64,000 bases of DNA from a bacterium (GCA_030649835.1 JAUSES010000060.1:6411-70410); one strand, 5' to 3'; shown: positions 9,824 through 19,704, counted from the stretch's first letter. The notes: generated from the letters alone by a model not told the origin. A program made the numbers and translations.

Positions 9824-9890
9824 AACCCACTATTGAGGACCTGACTTCGCCTAGAAAGTCGGGACCTCAATAGTGGGTTCCTCTAGGCGA
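9824..9890 (-). promoter_or_regulatory. Terminator-like hairpin with a loop-pairing element (candidate attenuator)
   Basis: 15-bp perfect stem 9824-9838/9865-9879 followed by TTATTTT on the minus strand; loop 9847-9855 is complementary to 9882-9890. Confidence 0.55.
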
Positions 9891-9980
9891 GCGGATATAA
9901 AATATCCTGTGTCTAGCATAAAGAAACCCGTGTTTTTTCAACACGGGTCATGGATGGGTTTATTGTGGGTTACAGATGGG

Positions 9981-10697
9981 TTATTCTACAATTATCCTGA
10001 AACCAACTTTTTCAATATTGTGAAATATATCGGTGTTAACAGCACAGCCTTCAGGTAATATCTGCAAGTCTTCTTTAATTGTTTTAATTATTTGTCCTAT
10101 ATCAGAATATTCTGTTTTATTCAGCGGGAAGCCGAGCGCGTTGCAAAGGTCTTTATAGCTAGCTTGCTTTTCATTGGCATTCAATAATGTTTTCAACACA
10201 TTAAATTTTTGTTGATCTGCTTTAAAATTTACTTTTACTTTTCCAAGAGTTGTATCTCCAGTAATTGTATTGAAGGTAAGTTTATTTTTTCTACCAAGTG
10301 TAATTATACTTGGGTTGACGATTGTGGTTTTAGGTAGTTTCTTATTGAATACGTCGTCACCAGCCTCTTTCAAGAGGTTTAGGTGCTTGCTTGTTTCTGT
10401 GCGAATATTTTTTAGCAGGGTCTGAGATTCCTCACTTTGAATATTGCTGTATTCAATTCCTCCCTTTAAATTAGGAACGCTGTCTGCTTCGTAAAACTTA
10501 TAAAATTCGATATTATCCCTTTTTGCCATAGTGAGGAAATCTTTTATATCTGACTTCCAAATTTGATATCTAGAAAAAACTTCATCAAGTATATTTTTCT
10601 CTGCATATATAGCATCTCCTTCTTGGGCTTGGCGAGTAATATTTATACCCTCCAATATCAAGTCAGAAAATACTCTTTTGAGTTTACTAGGCGCCAT
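9981..10697 (-). CDS. Putative regulator with C-terminal OmpR-like winged-helix domain
   Basis: KFNVLKTLL...SYKDLCNALG...IGQIIKTIKEDL...NIEKVGFRI pattern; likely start MAPSK. Confidence 0.6.
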   Translation of the reverse strand: MAPSKLKRVFSDLILEGINITRQAQEGDAIYAEKNILDEVFSRYQIWKSDIKDFLTMAKRDNIEFYKFYEADSVPNLKGGIEYSNIQSEESQTLLKNIRTETSKHLNLLKEAGDDVFNKKLPKTTIVNPSIITLGRKNKLTFNTITGDTTLGKVKVNFKADQQKFNVLKTLLNANEKQASYKDLCNALGFPLNKTEYSDIGQIIKTIKEDLQILPEGCAVNTDIFHNIEKVGFRIIVE

Positions 10698-10740
10698 GAT
10701 TGTAAATCCTACTCTTTTTTGACATAATGGCAATACAACT

Positions 10741-10920
10741 GAATAGCAGTCGGCCTAACCCTTAGGAGTTTAAATGCTTAAGGTATGGTTGCGCAAATCC
10801 CATGGAAGGTACTGAACCCCGCGTTCAGCGACTCTTCCATGGGTCATATCGGGAAACTGGTATGTGGACGCAAGTCCTAGCTGGCGCGGGGTTCTGTGTT
10901 TATACCCCACGCTAGCTATA
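10741..10920 (+). ncRNA. Candidate structured RNA
   Basis: Five hairpins, GAAA and GCAA tetraloops, CCTAA...TATGG receptor-like motif, 10-nt long-range complementarity. Confidence 0.5.
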
Positions 10921-10939
10921 TTATTGGCTAGCTATTTTT

Positions 10940-11206
10940 ATGAAAATTAACTCATCTTTATTAATATCAGGAATAACATTAATTATAGGTTTAACATTTA
11001 GTAAAACCGATCTTTTTTTACCTATTTCAGTATTAATTGCAAGTATCATTGGCCTCATTACTAGACAATGGGTTACATCAGACAGACTTGGAAGGGCTAC
11101 TAGGTTGAGCATCTTACTTAAATTCTTTTTATCTCTTATTGGTTTTTATGCAATGATAGGTCAACTCGTATGTATTTGGCTATTAGTAAGGTGGTTTATT
11201 CTATAA
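10940..11206 (+). CDS. Small membrane protein
   Basis: 88 aa with about three hydrophobic segments. Confidence 0.6.
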   Translation: MKINSSLLISGITLIIGLTFSKTDLFLPISVLIASIIGLITRQWVTSDRLGRATRLSILLKFFLSLIGFYAMIGQLVCIWLLVRWFIL

Positions 11207-11217
11207 AACATGAAAAT

Positions 11218-11514
11218 ATGTCCCAAATAATTACATATAGACACGACAGAGAATATGGATACTGTCATATAAAACTCGACTCTGGAGAAAGAATTCTGTT
11301 ATCAGAGGCGAGTGACTATATAAAAATCTTCAAATTACTTTTTGGTATCATTCCAATAAAAACAATTTGGAAATGGCATAGAACAAACGATCCAAAAGAA
11401 ACCGTACTTAAAATTATGGACAATCATCAAGATACTAGTTTCTTTGATTCATTTGTAAAAGAAATACAAAAATATCGCTCAACCGATGAGATTAAAAATA
11501 AATTCGGTAAATAA
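11218..11514 (+). CDS. Hypothetical protein
   Basis: Open frame within a tight co-oriented array; start MSQIIT. Confidence 0.6.
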   Translation: MSQIITYRHDREYGYCHIKLDSGERILLSEASDYIKIFKLLFGIIPIKTIWKWHRTNDPKETVLKIMDNHQDTSFFDSFVKEIQKYRSTDEIKNKFGK

Positions 11515-11523
11515 AATAAATTT

Positions 11524-11835
11524 ATGGACAAAAATTATCAGAAATATTTATCGATAACAGCGGGAATAATGCTCCTCTTGGCTATCCCAGCAATCTGGCC
11601 TTATGGATATTTTCAGATTCTAAGGTGGATTGTTGCTGGAGTGGCCGTGTATAACGCATATTTCGCATACGAACTAAAGAAAAATGAATGGGTGCTTATT
11701 ATGATTGCCGTAGCAATACTATTTAACCCGATAGCTCCAATTTTTCTCCAAAAAGAAACTTGGGTAATTCTAGACCTGGTTGCCTCTGTTTTAATGTTTG
11801 TCTCAATTATAAAATTAAAAACTAAAAAATCATGA
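11524..11835 (+). CDS. Small membrane protein (DUF6804-like)
   Basis: WPYGYFQILRW...AILFNPIAPIFL.KETW..LD pattern. Confidence 0.7.
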   Translation: MDKNYQKYLSITAGIMLLLAIPAIWPYGYFQILRWIVAGVAVYNAYFAYELKKNEWVLIMIAVAILFNPIAPIFLQKETWVILDLVASVLMFVSIIKLKTKKS

Positions 11836-12365
11836 TAGAAAAAATTAAAAACATAGGGTGGACTGGGGCTGGCTTGCTCTTTATTCTATTGGTATTTATT
11901 CTAATAGGCTTTTTGGTGGTGGGAGGAGTTGGTTTTATTGAGAATCATCAAAACCTGATAGAATCAGTAAATAATGTAACTGCGGGTATTTTCGTATTAT
12001 TACTTCTTTTTTCTGTAATACCAAAATTACGAATTTTCACTGGAACTGGGATTGTATTTTTAACATACATCTGGATATTTTTGCTATGGTTAACTTGCTT
12101 AGTTATAACTTACGAATTCTGGGGCCTTATAGGAATCTTTATCGGTGTAATAATGTTTGGTGTGGGTTTATTTATTACCGCCCCTCTTGCTTTACTTTTT
12201 TCAGGCCAAGGGTTTGGCGCACTTCTGTTGCTTCTCTCTATTGGGCTTACTTACCTAATAAGAAATTTGGGGATCTGGATTGTCAGCAAGTATCCAGAGG
12301 CAGGTGTCTCTACTGAGATAAACACAAGCGACATAAATGAAGTAAATGATAAATTTGATAAATAA
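11832..12365 (+). CDS. Multi-pass membrane hypothetical protein
   Basis: About five hydrophobic segments; ATGA overlap with the upstream gene. Confidence 0.7.
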   Translation: MIEKIKNIGWTGAGLLFILLVFILIGFLVVGGVGFIENHQNLIESVNNVTAGIFVLLLLFSVIPKLRIFTGTGIVFLTYIWIFLLWLTCLVITYEFWGLIGIFIGVIMFGVGLFITAPLALLFSGQGFGALLLLLSIGLTYLIRNLGIWIVSKYPEAGVSTEINTSDINEVNDKFDK

Positions 12366-12389
12366 ATTTTTTATAAAAACATTATTAAT

Positions 12390-12761
12390 ATGAGAATTTG
12401 TATCAAATGCAAAAAAAGAGAAGGTTCTTGGTGGGACCATTTGTGTCAGTATTGTCGCAAGATACCAGTATCTAAACCAGAAGCTCTTGCCTATGAAAAA
12501 TTAAATGAATCTAAAGATATTTTGAGTCAAGATAGGATTGAATATACCGTCAATCTAGAAAAAGCAACTAGTAGTTATTCCTCGAAGTTTGTTAATTTAA
12601 GTAAGGAACTTATTGAGAAGCTAGTAGGATTTTTGTTTCTTGTATTGTTTATGTTTTTAATTTATTTTGTAGCTAGTTGGTTTAAATTTGATACAAATAA
12701 TAATGCTGAAAATTACGAGCCATGCAAAACTTCTGGACACCAACTTTGGCAAGATTGCTGA
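12390..12761 (+). CDS. Hypothetical protein with N-terminal Zn-finger and one TM helix
   Basis: CxxC...CxxC at the N-terminus; hydrophobic stretch near the C-terminus. Confidence 0.6.
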   Translation: MRICIKCKKREGSWWDHLCQYCRKIPVSKPEALAYEKLNESKDILSQDRIEYTVNLEKATSSYSSKFVNLSKELIEKLVGFLFLVLFMFLIYFVASWFKFDTNNNAENYEPCKTSGHQLWQDC

Positions 12762-12787
12762 TGTAAAAATGAGATATAATTACAAAT

Positions 12788-13069
12788 ATGAATGAAAAAG
12801 AAATATTAAAACTTAATGACGAAGTGCTAAAGATGAACAGTCTTGACTTCGCTAACTTTTTAGAAAAGAAAACGAAAACATACCAAGATGTTGAGCAGAC
12901 AGTATCTCAGGGTGGGGATGTTGCGTTTAAAACTATTCTTGCATTAAAGTATAAGGTATTTATTTTGGAAAACTCCAAGAAGAAACTGATTGTATATTCC
13001 TTCTTACTAACTATAATCATAGTACCTTTAATTATCCAAAGTCTTTCTTTTGTACTTCCAGAAATGTAA
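12788..13069 (+). CDS. Hypothetical protein with C-terminal TM helix
   Basis: 93-aa ORF in the array. Confidence 0.55.
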   Translation: MNEKEILKLNDEVLKMNSLDFANFLEKKTKTYQDVEQTVSQGGDVAFKTILALKYKVFILENSKKKLIVYSFLLTIIIVPLIIQSLSFVLPEM

Positions 13070-13109
13070 AAATAAATGATTGAGGTATCTTAAAGAAAAT
13101 CAAAATACT

Positions 13110-13277
13110 ATGAAAAAATTAATAGGTCTTATCTCAACAAAAGGCAAGACCTCTGAGCAAGCAAGCAAGGAGGTTACGGACGCTTTCCACAAGTTCAACA
13201 AGATACAAAAGCAGGTTGAAATTGAAATGCGAGAGGAGGAGCTGTCACTCACACCCCAGCACGAGTGTCAGAAATGA
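13110..13277 (+). CDS. Small hypothetical protein
   Basis: MKKLIGLISTKGKTSEQ...; fills the gap in the array. Confidence 0.45.
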   Translation: MKKLIGLISTKGKTSEQASKEVTDAFHKFNKIQKQVEIEMREEELSLTPQHECQK

Positions 13278-13301
13278 AAATAACAGCGGTAATATAAAAA
13301 T

Positions 13302-14063
13302 ATGCTTGGCGCAATTATTGGTGATTTTGTGGGGTCATACTATGAGTTTAACGCGGTCAAAACAAAAGACTTCGACCTTTTCCCCGTGGGCTCGAAATTT
13401 ACCGACGATACTATTCTTACCCTCGCTACAGCACACGCTATTCTAAATAAAGAAGATTACGGTAAATCTTACAAAAACTTTTTTTGGCAATACCCACTTA
13501 AAAACTACGGCGAGCGATTTTACGCATGGGGCAAAAGAGACGACTCTGAGCCATACAATAGTTTTGGTAACGGGTCTGCGATGAGGGTAGCTCCTGTCGG
13601 GTGGGCTTTCAATATCATTGAGCAGGTTCTTGAGGAGGCAAAGAAGAGCGCTGAAGTGACCCATAATCACCCAGAGGGGATAAAAGGCGCTCAAGCCGTA
13701 GCAAGCGCAATATTCCTCGCAAGAACTGGGGCAAGCAAAAAAACAATCAAGGAATACATAGAATTAAATTTTGAGTACGACCTAGATCGTTCCGTGGATG
13801 AGATACGGGAAACGGCCGTCTTTAACGAGACGTGTATGATAAGCGTTCCCGAGGCGATTATTTGTTTCCTTGATTCTGAATCATTTGAAGATGCCCTACG
13901 AAATGCAGTTTCTCTTGGGGCAGATGCTGACACCCAGGCATGCATCGCCGGAGCAATAGCAGAAGCATTTTACAAAGAGATACCGGATTTTATACGAGAG
14001 GAGGTATTGAAGCGCTTACCTAAGAAATTCCATGGGATGATTGATGAAATACTCACTGCATAA
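13302..14063 (+). CDS. ADP-ribosylglycohydrolase (DraG/ARH family)
   Basis: GAIIGD..GS.YE, FTDDT, SFGNGSAMRVAP, VTHNH, G.DADT..CIAG. Confidence 0.95.
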   Translation: MLGAIIGDFVGSYYEFNAVKTKDFDLFPVGSKFTDDTILTLATAHAILNKEDYGKSYKNFFWQYPLKNYGERFYAWGKRDDSEPYNSFGNGSAMRVAPVGWAFNIIEQVLEEAKKSAEVTHNHPEGIKGAQAVASAIFLARTGASKKTIKEYIELNFEYDLDRSVDEIRETAVFNETCMISVPEAIICFLDSESFEDALRNAVSLGADADTQACIAGAIAEAFYKEIPDFIREEVLKRLPKKFHGMIDEILTA

Positions 14064-14167
14064 GAAACGCTTCCAAATATCTCCCGTTTCCATGTGCTGA
14101 TTCTGCGCGATCAACCAGAATTCTGTAATTTTTTATTTCCATTTTTTAAATATAAATATGATGTACC

Positions 14168-16561
14168 CTACAGGCGAACTTGCTCTTGTACGTCTAGTTG
14201 AATCAGTTCTTGGAATTCATTCAATGTAATTACTTCCTCTCTAAAATTATCTGAATCAGATAAATCTCTTACCGTTAAAATAAAGGCGTAGGGTTGATTT
14301 TCTAAGTTTTCTTTTCCAAGAATTTTACTTTCATAAGATTGTGTTGCAGACAACTGTAAAAGTACCTCTAGCACAGTAGATGGTACTTTTTTCTTTATTT
14401 TTTTAAAATGAATCACATTGTGATTTGGGTTCCTGTAATGGTCCCATGTTGGAGTCTGGTTTAGAGACAGTGCTTTATTTTTTTCTTCAACCTCACCATT
14501 TTCATCAAGGATTGGGACCAAGAACCGAACTGCTGGTTCAACACTCATCATCTTATATTCTTTTGGGTAATTTTTATCAACGGGAGGGTTATAAGCAAGA
14601 GTGAATATAAACTCTACCTTTTTACCCAAGATACTTTCTGGGAGCTGTATTTGTAATTTGTGTTTCCTCTCAACGTAATTAATCTTATCTGCATACATTA
14701 ATGTTAGTTCATTTTCATTATCCTTTAAAGCAAGCTTGTGGTCGGGGACTCCAAAACCATATGCTCGTTTTATATGGTCATCCTCGATTTTTACTTGTGG
14801 AGCTTTTGCGGTTGAATGAATCAAAAGTGCCTTAACGAGATTAAGTTTATTGTTCTCTAAATCAACATAATCTGATGCTTTCGCTTTCTTTATAAAATCT
14901 AACAAAAACGCACATTATCTAGTGATTAAAGGCGCACTTAGGCTAGTGCCAATGTCTTTGTTGAGGCCATCCTTATTTATGCTCTCAACGCCAAAAACCT
15001 GATTTGAGGATATCATGTGAGCATTTCCATAACCAAAGCTTGGGTCTTTTTTTACATTACCTCCATTAGCAACCAATTCTGGTTTCTTAATATCTTTAGC
15101 GACACTGGAAGTACGCGTAAAAGGGGCTGGGAACCCTTGCTCAACATTTACACAACTAGCGTCAGCCTTACCCGAAATTGAGCCAACTGAAATTACATTA
15201 AGAGCATCACTTGGTGATGCAATAAGAGATTTTTCTTGTTTAAAAATAGTATTGTAATTTTCACTAGCGTAAACTTGATGGTTACCGACAGAACAAACAA
15301 ATATCACATCGTACTCCCTAGCTATATTATCCAAGAATTCGGTCAATTCACTCACGTCGTCTTTGTCTATCGGTTCATTTTCATTAATAGAGAGATTATA
15401 TATTGAAATATCTTCATACCTATTTACAACCTCAGAAATTGCACCCTTTAGTTCATCAAGGGAGACGCATTTTGAATCACTACCATCCAAATACAATACT
15501 TGTATGTCTAGAATATTACATGTTGGAGCAATAGAACCACCCCCTGTTAATTGCATAAAGAAGTTGTCACCAAACAAAATTCGGCTGGCCACAATAGTAC
15601 CGTGGTTCTTGTCCTCGACCTGATGTCGAGACAAATAATTATGGTGATGAGCCCTAAGCTGTTGGAGTATTGGATTATATATACCACTATCAATGAGACC
15701 CACTCTTTCTGCTGTTAGTGGAGCAAGGAGATTCAGTGCCCCAAGATTAATCTCTGGGATACACCTCTGTGAACTCAAAATTGGTTGCTCTCTTATTTTG
15801 CCGATAAAATTAAAATCTGCATCACTTAAAATACCAATAATTTCATTTGCTGTAAGGGTCGCCAAGAATGATATGTTACTAAAAAATAAGTTTATATTTC
15901 TCTTTTTCAATTTTCCACGAAAAACAAGTTGATCGTTCAAAGAATCAAAGAGTGTGTCGTATTTATCTTTGCCAATATTTGGGTAAATCTCAATAATGCA
16001 ATCAATTGTTTGATTTAAAATATTGCCATGAATAAGTGAGTAGATATAATTACTTACCCGGCCCTCAATGATTGTATTACGGTCTGTGACTGCCGACATG
16101 GCATACAATTCACGCAACAGATTCTTGTCTTTTTTTCTTGGTAAATCCTCCCCTGTGAGGGCAGCATCAAATGAGCCGCTATTGCTTATACTAACCAAAC
16201 GGTCAAAATCCTCTATTTTCCCACTAACGATAAATGTTTTGTCGTTTTTAGAACCAACAATTTCAAGCCCCGTCTCATTCCACACATCAGCAGGACTGTT
16301 AGATTTTGAGTTTGCCAGCTCATCTAATTCGACTTCGACATACAGTAATTTCCCGGCAGTTTTTGCTTCCGATTTTATTTTTTTAACAGTTGTATCAATC
16401 TGCCTTACGCGCTTTGAAAACACTCTGGCGTAATGTTCGCGGGTATCATCAGTAATTTTCTTTTCCCAAAACGACTTCCAAAAATCAGAACCTCCTCCAG
16501 GCTTTTTACCTTTATTTATCTTCTTTTTGGGTACAACAATTGAAAAGTTCATATATTTCAT
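14168..16561 (-). pseudogene. S8 subtilase (IetS-like) interrupted by an in-frame TAA at 14915-14917
   Basis: Catalytic triad GLIDSG / HGTIVA / GTSLSAP; reads APLITR*CAFLLDF...KALLIHS...YGFG.P in one frame. Confidence 0.85.
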
Positions 16562-17661
16562 TTTATATTGTCACGAAGCGTAGTGTACGCAATACCAGAA
16601 ACTTCAGATATGTCAATTAAATTGAAACTGCTATCTTTTAACACTTGCGCAATTTCATAAAGATTCTTTTTGTTAAGCCTCTGTTTTGATGTTAATTGGT
16701 GATTAAAAGAAATAATATGTTTTAAGCAAAAAATATTATCTAAGCTTATACCCTCTATTACCGATGCTCTTTTTATGTTTTGGCATATATCATTAATTAA
16801 AGAACCATTTAAACCAACAGTGACTCTTGCCATTAAATTATAGTCTAATGATTTATTTTTATTAAAATCACTTAAAAACAACTCAAACAATAGAGCCCTC
16901 GATTCCTCTTCTGGGGTATTAATTTCTAACCTTAGCCCGAATCGTCTCCATAGTGCCTTGTCCAACAACTCATCATGATTTGTTGCTCCAATTAGAATTG
17001 AAGTCACTGGGAATAAGTCAATATTTTGAAGTAACACAGTAACTACTCTCTTTAATTCCCCCAACTCCCTTGCATCATCTCGATGTTTAGCTACTGTATC
17101 AATTTCGTCAAAAAAGATGACTACTCGCTCCCTTTTTGCAATTTCAAAAACCTCGCTAATGTTTTTCCCTGTTTTACCTAAATACGATGAGACTAGTTCA
17201 TCTAATTTGACAATAATAAGTGGGAGGTTCAATTTATTCGCAAGAGCATAAGCTAATCTTGTTTTCCCTGTACCAGGTGGTCCATAGAAAAGAATTTTGT
17301 TTATAGGGGAAATATTATTTTTAAGTAACTTATCAAAAGCTTCCCAATGCTTTATAAACTCAATTATGGTTGTCCTTGTATTTGGATTAAGGACAACAGA
17401 ATCTAATTCGATGTTTGAGTAAATTTTTTCAAAAAGAGTATCGTTATTGTTTAGATTTATATTCCTAGAAGTTAACGACTGCCCAGATAAGGAATGCCCC
17501 CTAGACACATCTTTAATCAGATTTGACAATCTTTTGGCAACTAATATTTTTCCGTTAGCTCTTTGTTTTTTTATCTCCTTTTCTAGGACAGAAACAACCT
17601 CCTCGTTTTTACCTGAGGAAAAAGCCTTTACGATATCTTCTACGATATTTATAGTTGCCAT
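16558..17661 (-). CDS. AAA+ ATPase (IetA-like) coupled to the subtilase
   Basis: GPPGTGKT, SSYLGKT, FFDEID...RDD..ELGELKRVV, ATNH..LLDKALWRRF; 4-bp overlap with the S8 gene. Confidence 0.92.
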   Translation of the reverse strand: MATINIVEDIVKAFSSGKNEEVVSVLEKEIKKQRANGKILVAKRLSNLIKDVSRGHSLSGQSLTSRNINLNNNDTLFEKIYSNIELDSVVLNPNTRTTIIEFIKHWEAFDKLLKNNISPINKILFYGPPGTGKTRLAYALANKLNLPLIIVKLDELVSSYLGKTGKNISEVFEIAKRERVVIFFDEIDTVAKHRDDARELGELKRVVTVLLQNIDLFPVTSILIGATNHDELLDKALWRRFGLRLEINTPEEESRALLFELFLSDFNKNKSLDYNLMARVTVGLNGSLINDICQNIKRASVIEGISLDNIFCLKHIISFNHQLTSKQRLNKKNLYEIAQVLKDSSFNLIDISEVSGIAYTTLRDNIK

Positions 17662-18025
17662 AAAATCCGTAATTTAAAAAAACCAACTAAATTAATACTC
17701 TTATTGTATCATATTACGAAAATTAATGTAAACCATATTTTCGTAATTATATTTGTACCCCCCTGATGAGCACTCCAAAGAATAGCTAAAAAATATAAAT
17801 GAGTTTTTGAGAATTAATTTTCCCCAAGAGCCTGGGGGTATGGGTATCCCCCCAGGCTCAAAATGGCTCTATGTTCACACAAACTACCCAACGCCGTATT
17901 TTCCATCACACGGGGGCCTACGTCGAGGGGTATGCACACCGCCCCTGCCCTATTGCACTGAGAGATTGGGAACATAAAAATCATCAGATCGAGTGGCTAT
18001 CCAAGTTCTAATAGCCTCGACTGTT

Positions 18026-18206
18026 CGGAGCAAATTAAAACCCCTCGAAAGAGGGTGTTTTTATTTGCTCCGCGGAGTAAAGCGAAGCTTTACGGTAGGG
18101 ATCGAACAGCGGAGCGATATTTTGTTAGCAAACAAAATCGCGAGCTGGTGCCCAGACAGAACTTTTTGACGAAAAAGTTTTAGTCGAGGGAGATATCCCT
18201 ATCCGC
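18026..18206. repeat. tRNA-Asn 3'-end-derived structured module 1
   Basis: CGGAGCA, hairpin, GCTCCGCGG[hairpin insert]GGTAGGGATCGAAC (reverse complement of the tRNA 3' end), two hairpins, GATATCCCTATCCGC. Confidence 0.75.
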
Positions 18207-18531
18207 CCGGTAAGATCGAAGACCTTGAGTATATTTATGATGATGTACTCATCTGAAGAAATACAAAGGTGTACCGTTCCTGTAAGGAAAGATACCCCTA
18301 CCCTTAGGGATCGAACCGAAGACCCACCATTTTGGGAATGAGAGTATTCTCGAAGACCTACAAAATGGATGGTCTCGATCGCATGGAAGGGCGATCATGC
18401 ATACAATCAGCACAGCGACCTGGTAAATCGTGACCACTCCCTACTAGCAGAGTCAGTAAGGGCACAATAAAAATACCTATAGATACTTTAAAAGACTAGA
18501 ACTTGTTTTAAAAAAATGGTAATTTGAATTT

Positions 18532-19704
18532 ATGAGAAACATTATTTTAGGAATTACGGCCATTGTCATATTTATCGTAGGTTCTCTTGCGATTAGCCAT
18601 CCTTTTTTAAAAGATTCTGAAAATTATCTAGCTGTTATAGAAAAAAATGTTCAAGAGCAAATCACCAATGACGAGAGTCAAGGCGTGTATGAAAACAAAA
18701 CCGTAAAAAAGTGTGAGAACCCTGTGTTCACTTCGTATTTTATTGATCCGCAATATGTACAAAAAGTTGGACAAGTTGGTGTCGTCCATGGTTCCGGCTT
18801 ATACATAGTAGAAAGGTCATATATAAGTGTAAAGGAAAAATTTGCCGCGCAGAAAGTACCAGTATACGCTCCTTCTGACATTGAGCTCGTTGCAGGTAGT
18901 CATTATCGTGATCCTGCTGCTCCAAGTAATGCCCTACCCGATTATGCCCTGTGGTTTGACGCGGGATGTGATGTAGAAGTAAATCTAGCACACCTCAAAG
19001 AAGTTGCTCAACCGATTGCTTTACAATTACCAGATGTAAAAACAGACAGCAGGAATACACGACTAAAGCCTTTGCAATTTAAAGCTGGGGATCTCATAGG
19101 ATATTTTATTTATAGTCATGGGGATGTTGCAGGATTTGATTTTATCGTCAGAGACAAAAAGGTGTTAAATAAATTTATCAATCAAGAAAGATATTCCGAC
19201 CATAGAGCATCAAATCTTATCAATGGCGTTTGTCCTTATGATTATTATGAACCTAACAAGAAAAAAACATATTATAATTTGCTAGGCGGAGCCGGAGGAA
19301 CACTCTTCAAAACTAAAGACTGCGGAAAATCATCAAGAGATGTTGCTGGCACCATTTCGGGGATGTGGTTTTTGAGTCAAGAACCGCAGAATAACATCTA
19401 CGAAAGCTACAAGGAAGGACTGTATGGCAGTACTTTGTCTATAGTAGGAGACGAGGAAAGGATCACTATAGGTAACTTGGGAGAAAGTCGTATGTCTTGG
19501 ATATATAACAACAACCCCACCTACAAACTACCCGAACAGGTAAAGAGCGAGCACTGCTATAAGTTTGATGGGTTCACTCCAGGAGATAATAGGGGCTGGG
19601 TTTACTTTAAGTTCGTTTCAGATACACAGCTTGATGTCTTTTTTTCTCAAACAGGAACTTGCCCATACTCACTTCCGCCAAACGCCAAACGATATTATAA
19701 ATAG
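18532..19704 (+). CDS. Membrane-anchored/secreted hypothetical protein
   Basis: N-terminal TM helix, several Cys; VYAP...HL...KAGDLIG suggests a degenerate M23-like beta fold. Confidence 0.7.
   Translation: MRNIILGITAIVIFIVGSLAISHPFLKDSENYLAVIEKNVQEQITNDESQGVYENKTVKKCENPVFTSYFIDPQYVQKVGQVGVVHGSGLYIVERSYISVKEKFAAQKVPVYAPSDIELVAGSHYRDPAAPSNALPDYALWFDAGCDVEVNLAHLKEVAQPIALQLPDVKTDSRNTRLKPLQFKAGDLIGYFIYSHGDVAGFDFIVRDKKVLNKFINQERYSDHRASNLINGVCPYDYYEPNKKKTYYNLLGGAGGTLFKTKDCGKSSRDVAGTISGMWFLSQEPQNNIYESYKEGLYGSTLSIVGDEERITIGNLGESRMSWIYNNNPTYKLPEQVKSEHCYKFDGFTPGDNRGWVYFKFVSDTQLDVFFSQTGTCPYSLPPNAKRYYK

Larger units (their letters stand above)
6379..18031. mobile_element. Integrative island in the tRNA-Asn 3' end
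   Basis: CGGAGC direct repeat at 6379-6384 and 18026-18031; recombinase at the left end; AT-rich cargo; the sequence after 18031 folds back onto the tRNA 3' end once the empty site is rebuilt. Confidence 0.8.

Noticed and set aside
10940-14063. Integron cassette array
   Set aside because: Spacers are too short, I saw no attC-type inverted repeats, and there is no tyrosine integrase.
18067-18107. Second tRNA gene or conventional attR
   Set aside because: It is only a 3' fragment, inverted relative to the tRNA and interrupted by a hairpin; treated as part of the mimic module.
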